The position numbers and the translations under genes were made by a program. From NCBI GenBank assembly GCA_965263355.1, contig CBDHHL010000032.1, positions 2,432,001 through 2,496,000 on the forward strand: 64,000 nucleotides of DNA, given 5' to 3'. Origin of the DNA: Leptolyngbyaceae cyanobacterium (lineage in GTDB: Bacteria > Cyanobacteriota > Cyanobacteriia > Phormidesmidales > Phormidesmidaceae). How positions within the stretch are numbered: position 1 is the first letter of the stretch; every line of letters starts with the position of its first letter. The notes under the pieces were generated by a model. The model saw only the letters and a list, made by a program, of their open reading frames with translations. It searched no databases and was not told where the DNA came from. Below are positions 54,116-63,516 of this stretch, one piece after another.

Positions 54116-55403
54116 AAAAGCTAAAATTCTGGCGGTCGATGATATTGCGGCTAACTTAGAAATCATTGTAGAAACGCTTTCCTCAGCAGGCTATAAGATT
54201 GCCACTGCTACAAGTGGAAAACGTGCGCTCAATCGATTAGAGAGCTTCCGTCCTGACTTGATTTTGTTAGATATTCAAATGCCAGAGATGAATGGCTTTG
54301 AAGTCTGCCAGCAGCTGAAAGTAAATCCAAAAACAGCTGAGATTCCAGTGATTTTTGTGACAGCGTTCTCTGATATGGAGAGTGTGTCTAAGGGGTTTTC
54401 TCTGGGCGCAGTTGACTACATTACTAAACCTTTTCGGGAGGCAGAACTTTTAGCTAGGGTCAATACCCATATACAGCTTAGACAGATTAATCAGGAGCTG
54501 GAGCAACGGGTGCAAGAACGAACCCATGAGCTAGAAAATATCTTAAGTCAATTAAGAAAGTCTCAGTTACAGCTTATTCAACAAGAGAAGATGTCAGCCC
54601 TCGGTAATTTAGTGGCGGGGGTAGCGCATGAAATCAACAATCCTATCAGCTGTGTTAGTGGCAATGTGCTTGAGCTAAAGAATAATTTAAGGGATATATT
54701 TTCTTATATTAACCTATGTCAAAAACAAACGTCTTCAAAAGAACAAGAAGACTGTGCCAATGAAATTGATTTGGAATTTCTCTTAGAGGATATTCCTAAG
54801 ATGATGATATCTGTGGAGAATGCCTGCGATCGCATCATGAACATCAGCAGGAGTCTGAGAACATTTTCACGAATTGATCAAGAAAACAAGACTCTTGCCG
54901 ATCTTCACGAAGGGTTAGATAGCACTCTACTGATTTTAAAACACCGATTAAAAGGCGACGATAACCATCCCCAGATTGACGTCATTAAAGACTATGGAGA
55001 TTTACCAGATGTTTATTGTTTTTCTGGTAAGCTCAACCAGGTATTTATGAATCTAATCACTAACGCTATTGATGCGCTAGAGGACAGTAATAAGGAAAAG
55101 ACTGACTCAGAAATACAAGACCGTCCTAGTCAGATTAAGCTCAAAACAACTTGCTTTGAGGATCACGTCAATATCCACATTAAAGACAATGGTATTGGTA
55201 TGCCTAAAGATATTCAAAAGCGGATTTTTGACCATCTTTACACCACCAAAGAGATCGGCAAAGGTACTGGGTTAGGATTGGCCATTGTCAAACAAATTAT
55301 TGTTGAGGTTCATGGCGGTAGCATTCAAGTTAAATCTGAAGTAGGCCAGGGTACAGAATTTATAGTGACTTTACCCATTGGTGACGCTACCCAAGCGCAA
55401 TGA
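54108..55403 (+). CDS. REC-HisKA-HATPase hybrid (receiver-first, NtrB-like kinase)
   Basis: KILAVDD, ILLDIQMP and DYITKPF; EKMSALGNLVAGVAHEINNP; NQVFMNLITNAIDA; GTGLGL; start at the ATG overlapping the HK5 stop. Confidence 0.93.
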   Translation: MPEKAKILAVDDIAANLEIIVETLSSAGYKIATATSGKRALNRLESFRPDLILLDIQMPEMNGFEVCQQLKVNPKTAEIPVIFVTAFSDMESVSKGFSLGAVDYITKPFREAELLARVNTHIQLRQINQELEQRVQERTHELENILSQLRKSQLQLIQQEKMSALGNLVAGVAHEINNPISCVSGNVLELKNNLRDIFSYINLCQKQTSSKEQEDCANEIDLEFLLEDIPKMMISVENACDRIMNISRSLRTFSRIDQENKTLADLHEGLDSTLLILKHRLKGDDNHPQIDVIKDYGDLPDVYCFSGKLNQVFMNLITNAIDALEDSNKEKTDSEIQDRPSQIKLKTTCFEDHVNIHIKDNGIGMPKDIQKRIFDHLYTTKEIGKGTGLGLAIVKQIIVEVHGGSIQVKSEVGQGTEFIVTLPIGDATQAQ

Positions 55404-55469
55404 GCTACGACAGCCTATCTCTATAAAATCTATACCAGGAAACCACAACCCTTGTTTTTATCCGCTTAC

Positions 55470-56426
55470 TTAACCCAATCCAAGGGTGCCGAGTAAAGCA
55501 TGAACGCTATGGCGGGTAACTGGCAAACTATCTACCACCATTGCGGCCGATAACAGCATCATGTAGAAGATGGAGTATTTGAATACACTTCGAGCCAGGT
55601 CGCGATCGTCAGGACACTGTTTCAAATCATAGGCTTTACGTAGAAACAAACCGCCCAGCAACAGAGCCAGCAATCCATACAGCCAACCACAGGCTTCTGG
55701 TGGGCACACCATAAATAACGTGACGGGGACCAAAAGAATGGTGTAAAGCCAAATCTGATTAGCGGTCTCTTCGTTACCGACGATAACCGGCAGCATTGGC
55801 ACGTTTACCTTGGCATAGTCATCCTTAATCAACATGGCCAGGGCCCAAAAGTGGGGAGGAGTCCACACAAATACAATGGCAAAGAAAATCCAGGCCGCCC
55901 AGCCCACATTACCAGTGACCGCCGCCCAGCCGACCATGGGGGGAATTGCCCCAGCGGCACCACCGATAACAATATTCTGGGGTGAAGAGCGCTTTAGCCA
56001 GTGGGTGTAGATACCGATATAAACAATAATGCCAGCCATGGCTAAACTGGCAGCCAACAGATTAGCAAATTCAGCTAACAGACTAAAAGAGGCCAATGCC
56101 AATATGGCTGCAAAAATTAGGGCGTCGCGTACCTGAATTCGTCCCGACGGGATAGGGCGATCACGAGTACGTTCCATATCATAGTCTATGTCACGATCAT
56201 AGACACAGTTAATCACCTGGGCAGATGCCGCCGCCAGCCAACCGCCGACCAGCGTTATCAGTACCAACAGCAAATCTGGATGACCTTGGGCAGCGACCCA
56301 CATACTGGCAGCTGTTTCAATCAGTAGCAGGGGAATGATGCGAGGCTTAGTAAGTTGATAATAACTGCGACAGACTTGACCAAAGCTCTCATGATGCACC
56401 TTAGGCGCAATGTTAGAGGGTTGCAT
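55470..56426 (-). CDS. ctaB: Protoheme IX farnesyltransferase (heme o synthase)
   Basis: [34 protein letters not shown] and [10 protein letters not shown]; start placed at MQPS (track start is 56504). Confidence 0.96.
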   Translation of the reverse strand: MQPSNIAPKVHHESFGQVCRSYYQLTKPRIIPLLLIETAASMWVAAQGHPDLLLVLITLVGGWLAAASAQVINCVYDRDIDYDMERTRDRPIPSGRIQVRDALIFAAILALASFSLLAEFANLLAASLAMAGIIVYIGIYTHWLKRSSPQNIVIGGAAGAIPPMVGWAAVTGNVGWAAWIFFAIVFVWTPPHFWALAMLIKDDYAKVNVPMLPVIVGNEETANQIWLYTILLVPVTLFMVCPPEACGWLYGLLALLLGGLFLRKAYDLKQCPDDRDLARSVFKYSIFYMMLLSAAMVVDSLPVTRHSVHALLGTLGLG

Positions 56427-56532
56427 AAAAAGGAATAAAAAATGTGAACGGGTGGAGAGACGTTTCATGGAACGTCTGTACAAGATTTCTGTACAGGGGA
56501 TCACATAGATTTAGACGTGGATATTGCAGTAT

Positions 56533-57474
56533 CTATGCGTTTATCGAGGATTTAAGCTGCTCTTCAGGTAGGGAACAATTACGTAGAGACAATGTAGTAA
56601 AGCAAACCAAGGTGCCCAATAAAGCAGCACCTACGGCTTGATGGCAGACAGTTAGGGGCTCGACCTGTAGATGCAAACGAAATGTAGCAAAGCCGAGAAT
56701 AAGTTGGACGATGAGTAGTCCGAAAGCAAGGTTTGCTTGGAATCTTAATCTGCCATCCAAACCCGAAGTGCGCCAGACTAAAATAGTCAATGCGACCACT
56801 GCCAAGCTAGCAGGAATTATGCCAAGCAGATGGGCATTGACAACACCACATAGTTCTGCGAAGCCAAAGCATTGATGAGCAGCCCAACGTGACCCCACCA
56901 AGCCACCTAGCAGGCTTTGAGCATAAATCAATACCACGGCTAAACTGCTTAGCCAGGGTAGTCTGTCAGCGGTTCCCTTAGCCTGATAGGGCAAAAGTGC
57001 TGTACCCATGGCCAATAGCGTACAAAACACTAACAGAGCTGTCCCTAAGTGGGCAGTGACAATATCAAACCGTAACAACTGCGTTACCGTAAGCCCCCCT
57101 AGGACACCTTGAAAAACAACTAAAAAAAGAACTAAACCAGCTGTCCAAGGTACCCAACTTGGTAAAGAACACCGCCACCGGATGGCCATTGTTACTAAAC
57201 CAATGGCCATCACTCCAATTAGTGAAGCATCCAGGCGATGAAACCATTCTAGAAATACCTGTAGATTCATTTGCTGACTGGGGATCACTTGCCCGTAGCA
57301 CAAGGGCCAATCTGGACAGGCTAATCCTGCATTCATGACACGAGTAGCGCTACCAATGGCCATCAATATCAGAGTAGCTAAAGCCATTTTCCACACCCAG
57401 CGTCGCAAATAACGCATGGGCTCAAAGCCAGTATTACTGCCAGTATGAAATGTGGACAATGAAGTATGAGCCAT
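56533..57474 (-). CDS. ctaA: Heme A synthase (COX15/CtaA)
   Basis: AGLACPDWPLC, EWFHRL, QGVLGGLTV and VTAHL. Confidence 0.93.
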   Translation of the reverse strand: MAHTSLSTFHTGSNTGFEPMRYLRRWVWKMALATLILMAIGSATRVMNAGLACPDWPLCYGQVIPSQQMNLQVFLEWFHRLDASLIGVMAIGLVTMAIRWRCSLPSWVPWTAGLVLFLVVFQGVLGGLTVTQLLRFDIVTAHLGTALLVFCTLLAMGTALLPYQAKGTADRLPWLSSLAVVLIYAQSLLGGLVGSRWAAHQCFGFAELCGVVNAHLLGIIPASLAVVALTILVWRTSGLDGRLRFQANLAFGLLIVQLILGFATFRLHLQVEPLTVCHQAVGAALLGTLVCFTTLSLRNCSLPEEQLKSSINA

Positions 57475-57889
57475 AAACCTAAAAACTCTCTTAAGAAGCT
57501 GAAGCAGAGAATAAAGACACCCTCACCCAGGGTAGAAAATTTTTTTGCCTTCGATGAAATACATTTAGCATTTCTTTCCGTTTGAAGCGATTTATTGAAA
57601 TTCTCTTAAAATGATAACTCTAATTTTTATTTGGCAAAAAGCTAACAAAGGTTTATGAATCAAGGCTTTTGGCGCTATTGACATGCAAGCCAACGGCAAG
57701 AACCTGAAGAAAATCCTTAAATAACTCAAATCAGTGTTGTAAGGCCTGTCATTTACCAAGAGATAGCGCTACCTTGAGGGGGTTTAGAAAATCCTTTTTT
57801 ATTCCTTTATCGTAGTTCTATTGGTTTTTACCTTAACTCCCCTATGGATCAAGCAGGGCAATAATAAGCAGGACAAATAATTAAACAAC

Positions 57890-57907
57890 GTTACGTTCAG
57901 TTACAGA
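57890..57907 (+). promoter_or_regulatory. HLR1-like direct repeat (candidate RpaB site)
   Basis: GTTACGTT-CA-GTTACAGA against the (G/T)TTACA(T/A)(T/A)-N2 repeat consensus, one mismatch per half, in the ctaA/coxB divergent region. Confidence 0.35.
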
Positions 57908-58116
57908 TTTATGAATTGATACAGCTTATTAATTGAGGCCAACAATTTAATTAGAGGTACCCTATCTTAGGTAGCTGGATTGTTCGGATTATTTGGGAAA
58001 ACGAAACTTCTTACTATTGAAAGAATAGGCGTTACTCCTGATTTATCCTTATCCGGTTAATCCTGGTCTCAATTCTGTTTTTATAGCGGACTATTCCACA
58101 GGAGAGTGTTCAAATC

Positions 58117-59118
58117 GTGAACGGTATTCCTACTTCTATTATCACCATGCTGATTGGCATTGCTATCACGCTGATCAGTCTTTGGTATGGTCAAAATCAT
58201 GGTTTGATGCCCATAGCCGCATCCACTGAAGCCGATGAAATCGATCAGCTCTTTGATGTCATGATGACCATTGGCACGGGGCTGTTTCTTCTGGTTGAAG
58301 GCACCCTGGTGATTGCGCTCATTCGATTTCGTCGTAAGAAAGGCGATGAGACTGACGGCCCTCACATTGAAGGCAATATTCCCCTAGAGATTGTTTGGAC
58401 GGCGATCCCAGCCATTATTGTTCTTGGTCTTTCAGTCTACAGCTTTGAGATCTACACTGAGATGGGTGGGCTTAACCTGATGGAGCACCATTCTTCTAAG
58501 GCCGCTGTTCAGCTGGCCTATGCGTCTTCTTCGGAAGACACGTCTAGCTATCCATTGCTGGCTGCATCTGGACTGGGTGAGCCCCCTGAGCTTGGGGAGC
58601 AACCTGCGGATGTAACTATTGATGTTTTAGCCATGCAGTATGCCTTTGTGATGACCTATCCCGAAACAGGGATTGTGGATGGTGTTGTCCATGTGCCTAT
58701 AGGTAAGTTGGTAAAACTCAACCTCAAGGCCCAAGATGTTATCCATGCTTTTTGGTTACCAGAGTTTCGCATTAAGCAGGACATGATTCCAGGTAAGGAG
58801 ACGTCGTTGGTGCTAAGAGCCACCCGCGAGGGCACATATTCGGTTGTCTGTGCTGAGTTATGTGGTCCTTTCCATGGGGGTATGCGTGCTCAAATGGAGG
58901 TGCATTCCCTTGAGGATTATGAAGCTTGGGAGCAGAGCCGTATTGCTGAAGGAGCTACGGATCTCTCAACAGCCATTGCGGCGGCTACTCGCAAAACTGA
59001 CGAAACCGATGCTGAGTACTTGGCTCACGTTGAAGCGCCTGGGCCTATGGACCCGGATCATTTAGAACATCTGGAGCATTTGGCCCATGCATCTATGGAC
59101 ATGGCATTAGTGCCTTGA
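58117..59118 (+). CDS. coxB: Cytochrome c oxidase subunit II
   Basis: LEIVWTAIP, DVIHAFW and CuA motif CAELCGPFHGGM. Confidence 0.96.
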   Translation: MNGIPTSIITMLIGIAITLISLWYGQNHGLMPIAASTEADEIDQLFDVMMTIGTGLFLLVEGTLVIALIRFRRKKGDETDGPHIEGNIPLEIVWTAIPAIIVLGLSVYSFEIYTEMGGLNLMEHHSSKAAVQLAYASSSEDTSSYPLLAASGLGEPPELGEQPADVTIDVLAMQYAFVMTYPETGIVDGVVHVPIGKLVKLNLKAQDVIHAFWLPEFRIKQDMIPGKETSLVLRATREGTYSVVCAELCGPFHGGMRAQMEVHSLEDYEAWEQSRIAEGATDLSTAIAAATRKTDETDAEYLAHVEAPGPMDPDHLEHLEHLAHASMDMALVP

Positions 59119-59169
59119 CGATGCAATTAAAATTTTCCTATTTTTTTCCCCTTTCCCCTTACGATTCAT

Positions 59170-60861
59170 ATGGCACAAGCAGAGGCTATAAAAACACCTA
59201 ATCCTTCACCGTCTCCTCAGCAACCATTGGGTAATGAGCGCAAGTGGACTCACTTTTTCACCTTTAGTACAGATCATAAGGTGATTGGTATCCAGTATAT
59301 GGTTACGGGATTTGTGTTCTACCTAATTGGTGGGGCACTGGCGACGGCTATGCGTACGGAATTGGCCACACCCAATCCCGACTTTATGCCCCCTGAAACC
59401 TACAATGGGGTGCTGACTCTCCACGGCACCATTATGCTGTTTCTGTGGATTGTGCCAGCGGGGGCAGGACTAGCTAACTATTTGATTCCACTGATGATTG
59501 GGGCCAAGGATATGGCCTTTCCAAGGATCAATGCGATCGCATTCTGGCTAATCCCTCCGTCTGGGATCATGCTGGTGGCCAGCTTCTTTTTTGAACCCCC
59601 CCAGGCCGGCTGGACCTCCTACCCACCGCTGAGTATTTCAACTGGCATGTTGGGCCAAGGCATTTGGATTTTGAGCATTCTGATTGGTGGTACTGCATCG
59701 ATTTTGGGTGCCCTTAACTTTCTGGTTACTATCTTGAAAATGCGGGTACCCAGCATGCCACTTCTCAAAATGCCATTGTTTTGCTGGGCGATGATTGCCA
59801 CCTCATTACTGATTTTGATCAGTACACCAGTGTTGGCCGGGGCGCTAATTCTTCTCATGTTTGACTTGGTGGCCGGGACTGCATTTTTTAACCCCACAGG
59901 GGGTGGTGATCCTGTTGTCTATCAGCACATGTTCTGGTTTTACTCCCACCCGGCGGTATACATCTTTGTTTTGCCATTGTTTGGGGCAATTTCTGATGTA
60001 TTACCGGTCCATGCTCGTAAGCCTATCTTTGGCTATCGCGCCATTGCTTACTCTAGTTTGGTAATCAGCTTCCTAGGGCTGATTGTTTGGGCCCACCACA
60101 TGTTTACCAGTGGAACCCCTCCCTGGTTGCGCATGTTCTTTATGATCACCACCATGGCCATTGCTGTGCCAACGGGCATTAAGGTCTTTGGTTGGGTAGC
60201 GACACTCTGGCGCGGCAAAATTGCTTACACCAGTGCCATGTTGTTTGCGATAGGCTTCATCGCCATCTTTGTAATCGGTGGTATTAGTGGTGTAATGCTA
60301 GCGGCAGTCCCCTTTGACATCCATGTTCACGACACCTACTTTGTGGTGGCCCATTTTCACTATGTACTGTTTGGGGCGTCCATCTTTGGGATCTATATGT
60401 CTATTTACCATTGGTTCCCTAAGATGACTGGTCGGATGTTGAATGAGTTTTGGGGCAAGGTGCATTTTGTGCTTACCTTTGTCGGCATGAACCTCACCTT
60501 TATGCCCATGCACCAGCTAGGTCTCCAGGGTATGAATCGTCGAGTTGCCCTTTACGATCCCCAGTTTACGGATCTGAATGTGGTAGCTACCATCGGTGCC
60601 TATCTGATGGCGGTATCCACTATACCCTTTATCATTAACGCTATCTGGAGTTGGCACTGGGGTGAAAAAGCACCCACAAATCCCTGGCGAGCGCTAACGT
60701 TGGAATGGCAAACATTATCACCTCCGGCCCACGAAAACTTTGAAGGGGTACCTGAGCTGAAGACTGGTCCCTATGATTATGGTCTAGGCTACATTCCGAT
60801 GAAAGACGATCATGAAATCTATGAAGAAGCAATTACTGCTGCGGCAGCCCATGCTCACTAG
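59170..60861 (+). CDS. coxA: Cytochrome c oxidase subunit I
   Basis: DHKVIG, HGTIM, FWFYSHPAVY, VWAHHMF and VVAHFHYV. Confidence 0.97.
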   Translation: MAQAEAIKTPNPSPSPQQPLGNERKWTHFFTFSTDHKVIGIQYMVTGFVFYLIGGALATAMRTELATPNPDFMPPETYNGVLTLHGTIMLFLWIVPAGAGLANYLIPLMIGAKDMAFPRINAIAFWLIPPSGIMLVASFFFEPPQAGWTSYPPLSISTGMLGQGIWILSILIGGTASILGALNFLVTILKMRVPSMPLLKMPLFCWAMIATSLLILISTPVLAGALILLMFDLVAGTAFFNPTGGGDPVVYQHMFWFYSHPAVYIFVLPLFGAISDVLPVHARKPIFGYRAIAYSSLVISFLGLIVWAHHMFTSGTPPWLRMFFMITTMAIAVPTGIKVFGWVATLWRGKIAYTSAMLFAIGFIAIFVIGGISGVMLAAVPFDIHVHDTYFVVAHFHYVLFGASIFGIYMSIYHWFPKMTGRMLNEFWGKVHFVLTFVGMNLTFMPMHQLGLQGMNRRVALYDPQFTDLNVVATIGAYLMAVSTIPFIINAIWSWHWGEKAPTNPWRALTLEWQTLSPPAHENFEGVPELKTGPYDYGLGYIPMKDDHEIYEEAITAAAAHAH

Positions 60862-60865
60862 TCGA

Positions 60866-60960
60866 TCCCTCTTCTCTTGCTGAGAAGGGCTTCGGGGTGG
60901 GTTGACCAATAGCGTTAGCGACCGAGACCCACCCCATTTTCGCTCCTCTCCCGAGAGGGA
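60866..60960. repeat. REP-like palindromic repeat between coxA and coxC
   Basis: GGGGTGGGT...ACCCACCCC stem and flanking hairpins; core related to 17247-17264 in inverse orientation. Confidence 0.45.
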
Positions 60961-61013
60961 ATGATATTAAAAAGATTTAGTTAAATAGACTCTTCTCTCT
61001 TTACTCTCCTCCT

Positions 61014-61628
61014 ATGCAAAGTTCAGCTATCAACCAAGTCGAAACGATTGCTGTTGCCCACAGCGAACATGGTCATGATGAACATCCTGATCTGCGGATG
61101 TTCGGTGTTCTGGTCTTTCTCTGTGCCGAGAGTATGATCTTTCTCGGGCTTTTTATTGCTTACTTGAGTTTTCGGCTAATGGCTCCGGCCTGGCCACCAG
61201 AGGGGACTGAGAGACTGGAACTATTATTGCCAGGGATCAACACTCTTATTTTGATTTCCAGCAGTTTTGTAATTCACAATGCGGATACGGCTATTAAGCA
61301 AGACGATGTCGGTGCCATGCGCAAGTGGTTTGCCATTACTGCCGTTATGGGAGCTATTTTCCTGGGTGGACAAATCTATGAGTACACCCATCTGGAGTTT
61401 GGTCTAACCAGCAACATTTTTGCTAGTACCTTCTACGTACTCACTGGCTTCCACGGGCTCCACGTGCTGTTTGGTTTGCTGATGATGCTAGCGGTGCTGT
61501 TTCGTTCCCGAAAGGCGGCCCATTATTCCCATGAGAATCATTTTGGGATTGAAGCCACTGAGCTTTACTGGCACTTTGTCGATGTGATCTGGATTATCTT
61601 GTTTGCCTTACTGTATCTGTGGCGCTAG
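61014..61628 (+). CDS. coxC: Cytochrome c oxidase subunit III
   Basis: FLCAESMIF, NTLILISSS, LTGFHGLHV and YWHFVDVIW. Confidence 0.96.
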   Translation: MQSSAINQVETIAVAHSEHGHDEHPDLRMFGVLVFLCAESMIFLGLFIAYLSFRLMAPAWPPEGTERLELLLPGINTLILISSSFVIHNADTAIKQDDVGAMRKWFAITAVMGAIFLGGQIYEYTHLEFGLTSNIFASTFYVLTGFHGLHVLFGLLMMLAVLFRSRKAAHYSHENHFGIEATELYWHFVDVIWIILFALLYLWR

Positions 61629-61768
61629 ATGAGTCAGTGCCTACGGTTCTCTTTTTATCGGAACGTTTTCCCCCTGATATTGGTGGTGTTGACCTAGCAG
61701 TGGTCGGATAGCAGTAGCTTTAGCAAAATTAGACGTCAGGGTAATTGTGATTACCTGGAGTCGTTTTT

Positions 61769-61802
61769 ACCTCCGGGGGAGCTATATTCTCCGGAGGTTT
61801 TT
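61769..61802 (+). terminator. Probable intrinsic terminator of the cox operon
   Basis: ACCTCCGGGGGA-GCTATA-TTCTCCGGAGGT stem followed by a T-run. Confidence 0.65.
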
Positions 61803-62042
61803 GATTGGCGTCACGGTCTATCGACTGGGGCTATATCGCCACTGGGATAAGGCCTTAGTCTAATAACCTCTCGGTTATTAGACTGAAACTTTCTACCTAA
61901 TCACCCATATTGGGATCTTAGACAGAAATATTTCCACCTAATCGCAGTCAACGTGCTTTAAACAATAAAAGCTGTCACTAATAACCCTTCGACGAGCTCA
62001 GGGCAAGCCCCCCAATCCCCCAATCCCCTACTCTCTATTCAC

Positions 62043-62310
62043 GTAAGCTTTCAGCGGGTCTAAGTTGTGAGAGGTCTCAAGAAGCCGAGTACCTGGTAGA
62101 GTAAGCCTATGAAAGATAAGGCTCTCCCATCGATACCCACAGTCAGCGAAGCGGACTGGGAAAAGACATCGTCCAGCGTTAAGACGTTGGTTCTGAGTCT
62201 AGTGACAAGAGTCGAGGAATTGGAGAACCAGTTCGAAGAACTGCGAGCAGAAAATGCTCAACTACGAGCAGAAAATGAATTGCTCAAAGAGAAGCTGCAG
62301 CGCAATAGTC
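62043..62310 (+). mobile_element. IS66-family left end and truncated transposase N-terminus
   Basis: GTAAGCTTTCAG end; ORF from 62109 (EADWEKT...LVTRVEELE...LKEKLQRNS) breaks off where the NSSxPPS motif would follow, exactly at the IS3 end. Confidence 0.65.
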
Positions 62311-62387
62311 TGAAGTGAACCCCTAATCTTGGACAGTAAAATTAGTTCACAGCAAGTCTAGACTGACATGTATCAATCTGAGACACT

Positions 62388-63242
62388 TCAGGTTTTCTTC
62401 CTCCACTTCGCTTCAAATTCACTCGGTGTCAAATAGCCCAAAGAAGAGTGAATTCTCTTCTTCATATACACCTCATCTAAAAACTCTTCTATTCTGTTAT
62501 ACACCTCATTAAAGTTGCGATAGTCCGATAAGTCAACCTCCTCTTCTTTAATTGTTCTCATCAGTCGTTCAGCAAAGCCATTCTCATAGGCTTTGCCGAC
62601 ACCCGCCATACTAATCGCTATCTCATTCTCCTCCAATAGATGAACATAAGCATTAGCAGCGTATTGCACCCCTTGGTCTGAATGGTGAATCTCGGGAATA
62701 TACTGGTTCAGTCCTTTCTCCAAGGCTGTTATCGTTAATTGTTTCTCCATTGTTCTATCCAAGTGCCAGCCTCGAATGCTGCGGGTAAATACATCCATTA
62801 AAACCGCTAAATAAACAAATTCATCCTTCAATCGAATATAGGTTATGTCGCCCACCCATGCCTGCTCTGGACGCTCTACGACCAACCCCTTGACCAGATT
62901 AGGATACCGCTTATAGCCATGCACACTATTCGTTGTTCGTTTCCGACCTACTCGTCGCTTGGCAAGAAGTCCTAATTCTCTCATTAATCGGCTGATACGT
63001 TTGTGATTAACCCGTCATCCCTCTCGTTGCAATTGTTTGGTAATCCGTCGGTAACCATAGGTAGGATAACGACCCCCCACATTGATGATCGCTTTTTTCA
63101 GTTCCTCCTCTTGTGTTTTGTTGTCTGATTTTGTCTGATAGTAATACCGACTGCGACTGTAACCAATCACATCACAGATGACCTGGATCGGATAGTCGGC
63201 TTTCAACTGCTCAATCATGACTCGTTTCCGCTCAGATTCCAC
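62388..63242 (-). pseudogene. IS3 transposase OrfB (DDE integrase core) with in-frame stop
   Basis: YGYRRI...REG*RVNHKRI (TGA at 63015-63017), WVGDITYI, HHSDQGVQY, ENGFAER and RIHSSLGY. Confidence 0.88.
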
Positions 63243-63516
63243 AAGTCTGAAGCTTTTTTTGCCACCGCTAACTCCATCGTTAAGCGCCCCACCATTCGTT
63301 CCAATTCGGCTATTCGCTCGGCTGATGTATTGTCTCCTCCTTTGCCGCCAAACGCTAAGTGCGCTTGTTTAAGAAATTCATTACGCCAACGATTATCACT
63401 GACGTATGGACTTTATGAACTCGACTGGCTTCGCTCACACTCCGTTGACCGCTGACGATCTCCAGCACGACTTTTGCCTTAAATTCGCTACTGTAGTTTC
63501 TTGGTTTGCTGGCCAT
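63216..63516 (-). pseudogene. IS3 transposase OrfA with 1-base frameshift
   Basis: MASKPRNYSSEFKAKVVLE...VHTSVI, then (N)RWRNEFL...RIAELERMVGRLTME in a shifted frame near 63393. Confidence 0.8.

Noticed and set aside
36338..55403. Diversity-generating retroelement or invertible cassette behind the kinase repeats
   Set aside because: No reverse transcriptase, recombinase, inverted sites or adenine-specific variation seen; ordinary duplication explains the pattern
1508..59540. Recurrent GCGATCGC (e.g. 1508, 3978, 4362, 5704, 8192, 8833)
   Set aside because: HIP1, a well-known cyanobacterial genome-wide octamer; useful only as a taxonomic clue
61985..62035. CTTCGACGAGCTCAGG motif and CCCCCAAT short tandem repeats
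   Set aside because: Common short intergenic repeat types, only 2-3 degenerate units
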